A stretch of DNA of 37,117 nucleotides from the NCBI GenBank assembly GCA_964236395.1, contig CAXSEJ010000001.1:1-37117 (forward strand). Direction: 5' to 3'. The notes below the pieces were generated by a model. The model worked only from the letters and a program-made list of their open reading frames with translations, did not search any database and was not told the origin of the DNA. Source of the stretch: an uncultured Rhizobacter sp. (GTDB lineage: Bacteria; Pseudomonadota; Gammaproteobacteria; Burkholderiales; Burkholderiaceae_C). The position numbers and the translations under genes are program-made. Of the stretch, positions 29,738 through 37,117 are shown one piece after another (position 1 is the first letter of the stretch; the number at the start of each line of letters is the position of its first letter).

Positions 29738-30679
29738 ATGAATCCGCTCGACGACGCGAAGGCGAGCGTCCAGCCACCCACGTCGCTGCGCTCGTTGCTG
29801 AGCCGTTTGGCGCCTGGCGTCTCCCGCGAAGATGTCGAGTGGGCGTACAGGACCATCCTCCGGCGCACGCCGGAATCGACCGACGTCATCACCCAGCACC
29901 TCAGGAAACGAGGGCTGCGGGAGCTCGTCGCGGAATTCCTCATGTCGCCGGAGTACGTCAAGGTCGCGGTCACGCTGAATTCGCAGACCTTGCTGCAGGC
30001 CGGCACGTACATCTCTCTCGGGACGCATTGCTTTTCGAGCTCCCTGCTCCGCCGCCTGGGCGTGCGGAGCTGGTCGGGGCCTTTCGACTGGACTTTCACG
30101 TCGCTGCCCATGGTCACGCATTGCATCGCAGACGACTTCGCGGCGTTCCTGGACCGCAGCCAGTATGAGCCGGTACCCGAGACGGAGCGCCCCAACGGAC
30201 CCACGGTCAATCGCGTCCAGCACCGCTTCTACCGGTCTCAGTTCGGCGTTCAGTACGTGTTCAATCACCACGACGTTCACCTTCAGGACGGGTACGACTA
30301 CATCGTGCGCTGCGTCGAGCGATTCAGGGCTGCCCTGAAGTCGGACGGGCCCAAGGTGTTCTTGGCGACAAGCTGGAGCTCGAACGGAGCCGTCGAGCAG
30401 CTCAAAGAGATGCATGCTCGGCTGAGCGAGCGGACAGAGGGCTTTCGGATAGTCGCCGTCGTCGTGGAGAACGAGCGGAGCGATGCGATTCCCAGCGCCC
30501 GAAAACTGTGCGATGAGACCGGGCTGGTCGTGTGGTCGTACACGCCGGTTTCGACGTGGGGCGCCGTGTCCTTCGAAGACAGCGTCGACGAATCGAGCCT
30601 GGCTCGCATCCTGGCTTTGGAATGCAAGGTGCCGGCTCGCGACCCGGCGGCATCAGGGGACGTTCGCTACCCTTCTTAG
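29738..30679 (+). CDS. DUF4214-like N-terminal module fused to a DUF1796 putative papain-like domain
   Basis: N-term DVEWAYRTILRRTPES...EFLMSPEY, then YISLGTHC...LRR.G.RSWSGPFDW, FNHHD, RCVERF. Start ATG 29738 (GTG 29717 possible). Confidence 0.7.
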   Translation: MNPLDDAKASVQPPTSLRSLLSRLAPGVSREDVEWAYRTILRRTPESTDVITQHLRKRGLRELVAEFLMSPEYVKVAVTLNSQTLLQAGTYISLGTHCFSSSLLRRLGVRSWSGPFDWTFTSLPMVTHCIADDFAAFLDRSQYEPVPETERPNGPTVNRVQHRFYRSQFGVQYVFNHHDVHLQDGYDYIVRCVERFRAALKSDGPKVFLATSWSSNGAVEQLKEMHARLSERTEGFRIVAVVVENERSDAIPSARKLCDETGLVVWSYTPVSTWGAVSFEDSVDESSLARILALECKVPARDPAASGDVRYPS

Positions 30680-32143
30680 AAACGCAAGCCACTCAGGCAA
30701 CACGCGTTCAGGAAGATAACGGGCGGCGATGCGCAAGCCCGCCGCCGCCCGCTCGGCGCGCCGGGCCGCCGATTTGTTGGCGAGAAGTTCGCGGACCACG
30801 TCGACGAGCTCGCTCGCCGAGTAGGGGCTGAAGTAGTCGCAGGCGTCGCCGAAGATTTCTCGATGCACCGGCAGCTCCGACGCGACGACCGGCCCGCCAC
30901 AGCGCATCGCCTCGACGCCCGGGAAATCGAAGCCTTCGCCGAAGCTCGGACATACGGTGGCTTCGGCGTGTCGATAGAGCACGCGCAGATCGTCCGCCGG
31001 CACGCTGGTCAGCATGTGCAGGCCACCGCGTCTCAGCCAGGGCCTGAACCGATCGACGATGGCCTTGTGATCCCAGCCGAGAGCGCCGACCACCACCAGA
31101 TTCAAGCGCTCGAACCCCTCCCCTCGCAGACGCTCCCAGGCGTCGACGAGGATCACGTGGTTCTTGCGCGGTTCGATCGTGCCCACGATCAGCAGATAGG
31201 ACAGCCGCCCGCCATCGAGATGGGCCTGATCGATGTCGGCCCCGCCATCGAAAGGCGCAAGGCGGTTCTTGCGGCTCCACACGATCTCCGCGACGCGCGT
31301 TGCCGGCGAGTCCTGGTCGTGGAAGTGATGCGACACCATGTTTGGAATCGTCACGGCACGATCGGCCACTTGCGGCATGACCGAGAGCAGGTCGAGGCGC
31401 GTTGCCTCGGACACGCAGGCGAACCATGCACCGTCTCGGACATTGCGCCGCAGGGACTGGTAGTGGGCGCTTCGATGGAAGCCACGATCCTTGATCGTGT
31501 GTGGCATCAGCATGGGGATCGCATCGTGATAGCGGACGACCAGCCGGGTGCCCGCCTTCACTCGGGAAGGAAACGGCGTCTCGGCGATCACGATGTCGAT
31601 ACCGCTGGTGTCGAGGCGGGGATAAACGGCGTACCCGAGCCACGACGATGCGACGCCAATGGCGTGCAGAGACGACCAGGGCCATCGCAACACTCGAAAC
31701 GGTCGTTCGGTCACCACGTCGAAGTCGTCGTGAGGGAGCGACTTGTCGAACAGCGATCGCCAGATGAAGTCCTTGAATCGAGCAGGCTCGAAAACGCCGA
31801 GCCGTACCGTGCGTCCGCACACGGAGGCGAGGCCGCTCGCCAGCGGTAAGAAGGCCTTCAATGCCTTCTTTCTGAGCCATTCGAAGCGGTGCGAGGCGGG
31901 ACCCTGCAGCAAGGACACCGCCACTTTGGAGAGCAGGTCGGCCTTGACCTCCTCGGCGACGGCGACGGCCTTTCCGTTTCCATCGACCGGCAGGCCGGCC
32001 TCCACCACAAGGTTGCCGCTTTGGATAAGGCCTATCGCGTCGACACCGTCCATGGCCGCCAGTCCACGGAACAGAAGGCGCGTTTCCTGGGGTATGCCGC
32101 TGTGGCCGGCGAAGGCCGGGCGCAGCTCGAGCAGCACCTTCAA
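30653..32143 (-). CDS. GT4 glycosyltransferase
   Basis: Inferred TTG start giving MKVLLELRPAFAGHSGIPQETR; RYHDAIP, VGTIEPRKN, PSFGEGFDFPGVEAM. Confidence 0.88.
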   Translation of the reverse strand: MKVLLELRPAFAGHSGIPQETRLLFRGLAAMDGVDAIGLIQSGNLVVEAGLPVDGNGKAVAVAEEVKADLLSKVAVSLLQGPASHRFEWLRKKALKAFLPLASGLASVCGRTVRLGVFEPARFKDFIWRSLFDKSLPHDDFDVVTERPFRVLRWPWSSLHAIGVASSWLGYAVYPRLDTSGIDIVIAETPFPSRVKAGTRLVVRYHDAIPMLMPHTIKDRGFHRSAHYQSLRRNVRDGAWFACVSEATRLDLLSVMPQVADRAVTIPNMVSHHFHDQDSPATRVAEIVWSRKNRLAPFDGGADIDQAHLDGGRLSYLLIVGTIEPRKNHVILVDAWERLRGEGFERLNLVVVGALGWDHKAIVDRFRPWLRRGGLHMLTSVPADDLRVLYRHAEATVCPSFGEGFDFPGVEAMRCGGPVVASELPVHREIFGDACDYFSPYSASELVDVVRELLANKSAARRAERAAAGLRIAARYLPERVLPEWLAFLRRVANVP

Positions 32144-32156
32144 CGCGACGGCTTTT

Positions 32157-32837
32157 TCATGCGAGCGGCGATGCGCTCGCGGAAGGCGAAGGCAGGGCCT
32201 CGTAGAAACCATAGGCTTCGTCGACGGTGGCGAATTCGCGCAGCCGCCCCTCGTGCAGCACGCAGGCTCGTTCGCAATAGGCCTTGATGGCATTGGCATC
32301 GTGCGAGACGAGGATGAACGCCCTGTCCTTGCGCTTTTGAAACAGCTCCACGTGACAACGCTCGTGGAAGCGTGCGTCGCCGACGACCATGGCCTCGTCG
32401 ATCAAAAAGCAGTCGAACTCGATGGCCACCGACAGGGCGAAGGCGAGACGGGTCATCATCCCCATCGAGTAGTGCGAAACCGGCTCGCGGAAGTACATGC
32501 CCAGCTCGGTGAACTCCTCGACGAAGGGCACCAGCGGCTTGTAGTCGACTCCGTAGACCCGGCAGACGAACTTGAGGTTGTCGAGGCCGGTCAAGTGGGT
32601 CTGGAAGGCACCGCCGAAGGCGAGCGGCCACGACACGCTCATGCTGCGATCTATTCGCCCGGACGTCGGCCTCTCGGCGCCGCTCAGCAGCCGGATCAGG
32701 GTCGACTTGCCTGAGCCGTTGCGGCCGAGAATGCCGACGTTTCGGCCCCGATCGAGAGTGAGATTGATGCGGTCGAGGACGACGCGGGGTCCGAAGCGCG
32801 TCTTGTATGTCTTCGAGACGTTCTTGATCGAGATCAA
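32157..32837 (-). CDS. kpsT: Capsule ABC transporter ATP-binding subunit (KpsT/CtrD/BexA type)
   Basis: Walker A GRNGSGKST, VSWPLAF, signature YSMGM, Walker B FLIDE, LVSH. 226 aa with no C-terminal extension. TTG start overlaps the kpsM stop. Confidence 0.92.
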   Translation of the reverse strand: MISIKNVSKTYKTRFGPRVVLDRINLTLDRGRNVGILGRNGSGKSTLIRLLSGAERPTSGRIDRSMSVSWPLAFGGAFQTHLTGLDNLKFVCRVYGVDYKPLVPFVEEFTELGMYFREPVSHYSMGMMTRLAFALSVAIEFDCFLIDEAMVVGDARFHERCHVELFQKRKDRAFILVSHDANAIKAYCERACVLHEGRLREFATVDEAYGFYEALPSPSASASPLA

Positions 32838-33640
32838 TGCGCCTCCACGCGGCGGCCTGCGTCACGGACGAGAAACAGGCCGATCAGCGTCAGGCCGAGG
32901 CAGACAGATGCCATGTAGCCGACGTCGTGATGGGTATGCACGCTGCTGCCGAAGTAACCCTCTCGGAGCAGCTCGACGCCATGGACCATCGGCAACAGCA
33001 GGACGATTTCCTGGGCCTTGGGCGGAAGCCAGTCGACCATGAAGGCTGCGCCCGAGAGCGGGAACAGCAGATAGGCCGTGGGATGCCACAAGCGCTCGAT
33101 GAGCTCGGAATAGGCGGTCGCCGCACCGACGACCAGCGCGAGAGCCGTTCCGAACCAGGCCAGCATCAGCCACCCGAACAGCACGAGAAGAACGTCTTCG
33201 GGCGGCGGAATCCAGTCGCCCAGCGTGAAGAACAGGCCGAGGATGACGAACGAGCCGGTGGCGCCTGCGATCTCGATGACGATGCGCGTCACGAAGACGT
33301 CGATCACCTGGACGTTGCGGTGATACAGCAGATTGAAGTTTCCCTGGATTGCGCTGTTCGTTCGACCGACCGAATTGCGCCACATCAGAACCGACGAATA
33401 GCCTGTGATCGCGAACGAGATGATGGGCAGGCCAGTGCCGTGGCTCATGCCGGCGGCGGACCACAGCGCAGCGATGCCGAGCGTGAAGATCATCGGCTCG
33501 CCGACGAGCCACAAAACGCCCACGTTGTGCCTGCCGAAACGGGTGATCACCTCCCGCATCAAAAGTGCCCGGATCACCCGCAGCTGGATCGTCAGAGACT
33601 TCACGAACGACGGCCTGGCGAAGGCCCGCGGCACCGACAT
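32834..33640 (-). CDS. kpsM: Capsule ABC transporter permease (KpsM/CtrC/BexB type)
   Basis: RVIRALLMREVITRFGRHNVGVLW..EP, LLYHRNV, LFPLSGAAFMV, PMVHGVE; ~6 TM segments. Confidence 0.92.
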   Translation of the reverse strand: MSVPRAFARPSFVKSLTIQLRVIRALLMREVITRFGRHNVGVLWLVGEPMIFTLGIAALWSAAGMSHGTGLPIISFAITGYSSVLMWRNSVGRTNSAIQGNFNLLYHRNVQVIDVFVTRIVIEIAGATGSFVILGLFFTLGDWIPPPEDVLLVLFGWLMLAWFGTALALVVGAATAYSELIERLWHPTAYLLFPLSGAAFMVDWLPPKAQEIVLLLPMVHGVELLREGYFGSSVHTHHDVGYMASVCLGLTLIGLFLVRDAGRRVEAH

Positions 33641-34803
33641 CACTCGGTGTGCTCCCTCACGCTCGCCGAGACGAGGCTCAGCACGCCCCAAAGCACGAGG
33701 CCGAGCAGGAACACCGTGGCGACATTGCGCACGCGCCTCGGCTCGATGGCACTGTCGGGCGTGTTGGGCTGAACCAGCCGCTCGAGGTAGAGCTGCTGGC
33801 GCTGCGCCTCGTTGCGCGCCGACTCGAGGGCAGTGAACGCAGCCGCAAGCTGACGTTCGGCAAAGGTCTTCTCGAGCTGCAGCCGGTCGAAGCCGGACGA
33901 CTGAGCGGTGAACGACCCCTGGCGGCCGCCCGCGACCTTCGCGTTCTGGTCGGCGATCGTGCGCCGAAGCAGCTCGGCGCGGCTCGTCAGGGTGCCGATC
34001 TGAGGGTTGTTCGGCGCCACCTGGCGCAACTGGGACAACTGGGCCTCGGTAGCGAGCAGATCTTCCTGCACGCGGGCCACGCCCTGAAGCTGCATCGCCG
34101 CCTGCCGGTCAGGGTCGAACACCGACTGCTTGGTGCGAAAGCTCAGCAACGCGATGGACGCTTCCTTGGCACGGTCTTCCGAAGCCTTGACCTCTCTCTG
34201 TGCAACGCTGATGAGGTCGCGCCTGCTGCGGTCGTTCAACTGGTTGACGAGCCGCTCACCCATGTTCAGGAGCAAATCGTTGATCTTGTGCGCATCTTCC
34301 GCGGTGTAGGCCCGCACTGTCAGGACGGAGATCGACGACACGGTGTCGTAGTCGATGCTGATCCGTCGGCGGTAGTACTTGTAGAACGACTCGAAGCTGT
34401 GGTCCCAATCAAGGCTCTTGAAGCGGTTGAAGGTGTCAATGCGCTCGGACGAGTAGATCTTTTCGATATCGAGCTTTCGCTGGAGCTCGCCGAGCGCATC
34501 TCGCGACAGCACGAAATCGTGAACCGAATACGTGTCGTCCTGCGAACGGGCGAAGCCGCCGCCCTGAAGCAGCGCTCCGATGCCCGACATCTGCGCTCGC
34601 TGAGGGCTGCGAACGACGAATCGCGATTCCGACACATAGGTGTCGGACGCAACGAGACCGTAGTAAGCGGCAGCCAGGAGGGTGGGCAGGAGCACGGTCG
34701 AAAGGAACAAAGGGCTCGACAACACACGCAGGCGAGACCACCGCGAGCGGCGCTGGCCAAGCGCCGCTCGCGCGATCTGGGGATCCGTAAGGGTCATGTC
34801 CAA
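33640..34803 (-). CDS. kpsE: Capsule export polysaccharide co-polymerase (KpsE/CtrB/BexC/WcbD type)
   Basis: N-TM followed by YYGLVASDTYVSESRFVVRS, periplasmic coiled coil, QQLYLER..QPN.PD...EPRR and a C-terminal TM. Start TTG 34803 or ATG 34797. Confidence 0.9.
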   Translation of the reverse strand: MDMTLTDPQIARAALGQRRSRWSRLRVLSSPLFLSTVLLPTLLAAAYYGLVASDTYVSESRFVVRSPQRAQMSGIGALLQGGGFARSQDDTYSVHDFVLSRDALGELQRKLDIEKIYSSERIDTFNRFKSLDWDHSFESFYKYYRRRISIDYDTVSSISVLTVRAYTAEDAHKINDLLLNMGERLVNQLNDRSRRDLISVAQREVKASEDRAKEASIALLSFRTKQSVFDPDRQAAMQLQGVARVQEDLLATEAQLSQLRQVAPNNPQIGTLTSRAELLRRTIADQNAKVAGGRQGSFTAQSSGFDRLQLEKTFAERQLAAAFTALESARNEAQRQQLYLERLVQPNTPDSAIEPRRVRNVATVFLLGLVLWGVLSLVSASVREHTE

Positions 34804-34816
34804 GGCAATCTACCTG

Positions 34817-35962
34817 CTAGTGGTTGAGTTGGGCGCCATCACGAGCCAACAAGCGTTCATACAGGCGAATCGTCGAATCGACCATGGCGCTGGCCGTGAG
34901 ATGACTCAGGTAGCGCTCACGGCCGGCCTGTCCGAACCGCGTGGCCAATGCATCGTCTTCGAGCAGCTGCAAGAGCGCATCCGCCAGCCTCTCCGCGTCG
35001 CCGACCGGCACATTGATTCCGGTGACTCCCGACTGGTTCACCCACGGCACGGCCGAGCCCATGATGTCGGTCGAGACCACTGGCTTGCTCATCGCCATGG
35101 CTTCCGCTAGAACGACGCCGTAGGCTTCCGAGCGCAGCGTCGAAGCAAGGCAAAAGACATCGGCGGCGGCGAAGTAAGAGGGCAACTCATCGGCGGAGAT
35201 TCTTCCTGCGAATACGATCTTGTCGGCCAGCCCGCGGGCCACCACCCGGCGACGATGCGCTTCGAGCAATTCACCCTCGCCGCCGACGACGACCATGCAA
35301 TGCGCCGGCAACCGGGCCGCGGCCTCGATCAGCACATCGAATCCCTTGTAAGCCGCCATGCGCCCCAGCGACAGCACGATCTTCCTGCCACCGAAGCGCT
35401 GCCGTATCGCCGCCACGATGGCCGGGTCGGCACGGCCGGCATTGTCGCCGATGCCGATAGGGATCACGGTGGTCTTGGCGGCCCATCGGCGCAGCCATGG
35501 CGATGACTCCACGTAGGCTTGCGACGTCGCGATCACGGCGGCAGCCCGCTGCAGCAGCCATTGCTGCAGCGGCTCGTAGAGGTGGAGGGCAATCCGCTGG
35601 CGCACGACGTCGCTGTGCCAATGCACGACCAGTCGGCCGCGCGGCGGCGCATGGCGCAGGAGAACCGCCGCCTGCGGGTCGGGCAGGTGCACGTGGAGGA
35701 TGTCGGCCAGCGCGCCGAGACGTCGCACCTCGCCGACCAGCGCCGGCGTGACCGACGAAGCCAGCATGCGCCACCAGAGCGCCGCGCGAGTGACGCGGTA
35801 GCCGGCGGGTGCCGTCTCGCGCACGGTGCGGCGCGCCGTGTTCGCGCACAGCACGTCGACGTCGATCTCGCGGCGCGCCATGCCTTCCGCCAGCTCGTAG
35901 ACGACCGACTCCATGCCGCCGGCGACGGGGGGAAAGAATTTGCACAGCTGCACCACTTTCAT
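34817..35962 (-). CDS. GT4 glycosyltransferase, WbdC/WbpZ-like (probably adds the first sugar to Und-PP-HexNAc)
   Basis: MKVVQLCKFFPPVAGGMESVV, HVHLPDP, VHWHSDVVRQ, LGRMAAYKG, STLRSEAYGVVLAEAM, VPWVN. Confidence 0.85.
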   Translation of the reverse strand: MKVVQLCKFFPPVAGGMESVVYELAEGMARREIDVDVLCANTARRTVRETAPAGYRVTRAALWWRMLASSVTPALVGEVRRLGALADILHVHLPDPQAAVLLRHAPPRGRLVVHWHSDVVRQRIALHLYEPLQQWLLQRAAAVIATSQAYVESSPWLRRWAAKTTVIPIGIGDNAGRADPAIVAAIRQRFGGRKIVLSLGRMAAYKGFDVLIEAAARLPAHCMVVVGGEGELLEAHRRRVVARGLADKIVFAGRISADELPSYFAAADVFCLASTLRSEAYGVVLAEAMAMSKPVVSTDIMGSAVPWVNQSGVTGINVPVGDAERLADALLQLLEDDALATRFGQAGRERYLSHLTASAMVDSTIRLYERLLARDGAQLNH

Positions 35963-37104
35963 GGTGCAAGGGGCGCTGCCCGTGCCGGCAGCCGGTCTGC
36001 CTGGACGACGCTCTCGAGCACCGCATGAAGGCGCTCTGCCGACCGGTCCCACGAGTAGAGCGCCGCACGCTTTCGGCCGCGTGTCGACAGCAGCGCGCGC
36101 AGCCCGGCGTCGCCGGCCAGACGCCTCATGGCGGTCTCGATGTCATCGACAGAGCCCGCTGCGACAGTGAAGGCCGCGTCGCCGCAGACCTCCGGCAGGG
36201 CACCCGCGTCCGACACGGCGACGGGGCAACCGCACGCCATCGCCTCGACCGGCGGCAGGCCGAAGCCTTCGTAAAAAGACGGAAAGACCAGGCCGAGGGC
36301 GGCGCCGTACAGTGCCTTCAACCTTGCGTCGCCGACGTCGCCCAGGCGCAGCACGTGGGTGTCGGCGGCGCCGGGCGGGCGTGGCGCCTGGAAAGCGAAG
36401 ACGGACCCGCCGCCGCCACCACCCGCGACGACCAGCCACACGTCGTCGGGCCGGTGCATGCGCTCGAAGGCGGCGAGGACCGATGCCATGTTCTTGTTGG
36501 CGCTGTCGCTGCCTACCGCAAGCAGGAAGCGCTTGCCGGTCAGCCCGGCCGACGCCAGAAACTGCGAATCGACGGCAACGCTGGCCAGATGATCGGCGCC
36601 ATTGGCGATGACGTGAATGCGCGCGACGTCGACGGCGAGCGTGGCGACGAGGCGGCGCCGGGAGAACTCCGACACGGTGATGATGGCAAGCGCGCGGCGA
36701 CCGAGACGCCGAAACAGCCACCGATACCAAAGGCGGAATCGCCAGGTGTAGAACTCCGGCCGGTCGAAGACCGCGGCGTCGTGGAAAGTGCAGACCTGGC
36801 GCACGGCGACGGCCGGTGCCGACCCGGCCAGGCTCACCAGCAGCCCATCGCGGGCCGCCCACGGCAAACTGATCTGCTCCCAGGCGTGCAGTCCAGCGCG
36901 CCGACTTCCCCGAGTCGCGACCTCGATGCGGCTGAACTTCGGCACAGCCACGTCGGGAGGGCAGAGCAGAACCCAGCGCATCTGCGGATACGCAGCGCGG
37001 CTCTCGAGCAGGCGATCCAGCGCAGCCACCATGCACCGGGCGACGCGCTGGACGCCCGTGGTCCGCTGTGCCATGAACTTTCCGTTCAGATAGATCGTGG
37101 TCAT
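35959..37104 (-). CDS. GT4 glycosyltransferase, MtfB/WbdB-like
   Basis: LNGKFMAQRTTGVQRVA, WEQISLP, TFHDAA, TVSEFSR, FPSFYEGFGLPPVEAMACGCPV; ATGA overlap with the downstream GT. Confidence 0.88.
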   Translation of the reverse strand: MTTIYLNGKFMAQRTTGVQRVARCMVAALDRLLESRAAYPQMRWVLLCPPDVAVPKFSRIEVATRGSRRAGLHAWEQISLPWAARDGLLVSLAGSAPAVAVRQVCTFHDAAVFDRPEFYTWRFRLWYRWLFRRLGRRALAIITVSEFSRRRLVATLAVDVARIHVIANGADHLASVAVDSQFLASAGLTGKRFLLAVGSDSANKNMASVLAAFERMHRPDDVWLVVAGGGGGGSVFAFQAPRPPGAADTHVLRLGDVGDARLKALYGAALGLVFPSFYEGFGLPPVEAMACGCPVAVSDAGALPEVCGDAAFTVAAGSVDDIETAMRRLAGDAGLRALLSTRGRKRAALYSWDRSAERLHAVLESVVQADRLPARAAPLAP

Positions 37105-37117
37105 GGACTCAGGCAGC

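Noticed and set aside
34367-34376. GGCGGTAG ops-like sequence (also near 325)
   Set aside because: Both copies lie antisense within coding regions, not in an operon leader; no JUMPstart element seen.
36405-36425. Poly-Gly run (GGGGGG) in the last GT4 as a phase-variation tract
   Set aside because: Encoded by mixed codons, not a homopolymer or perfect repeat.
37109-37117. Possible 3' end (GCT GCC TGA) of an upstream minus-strand gene
   Set aside because: Only 9 nt visible; cannot be supported.

Overview
High-GC betaproteobacterial DNA; gene order and sequences suggest Burkholderiales (inference). Left part (1-12 kb) is core genome. On the minus strand lies yceD-rpmF-plsX-fabH-fabD-fabG-acpP-fabF-[small membrane protein]-rpoE-rseA-rseB (rseB runs off the window). 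It is followed by maf/yceF, an RsmI-like methyltransferase and an RhlE-type DEAD-box helicase. Right part (12-37 kb, open at the right edge) is a ~25 kb surface-polysaccharide locus. It holds ugd, a WecA/MraY-like initiating transferase, manC, gmd, an Rmd-like reductase, an NDP-hexose 3-C-methyltransferase, six GT-B glycosyltransferase genes (two of them two-domain) and a capsule-type ABC export set (OPX lipoprotein, KpsE, KpsM, KpsT). Four proteins carry about six DUF4214-like helical modules. The most notable feature is the hybrid design. An undecaprenyl-primed, WbdD/WbdA/WbdB/WbdC-like O-antigen assembly line sits beside group 2/3 capsule export, with no KpsS/KpsC in the window and no carbohydrate-binding domain on the ABC ATPase. 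Two DUF4214 'anchor' genes are each translationally coupled to a two-domain GT, and there is a probable route to a branched 3-C-methyl-6-deoxyhexose. No tRNA, rRNA, IS, integrase or CRISPR array was seen. All family calls come from motif recognition by eye, not database searches.
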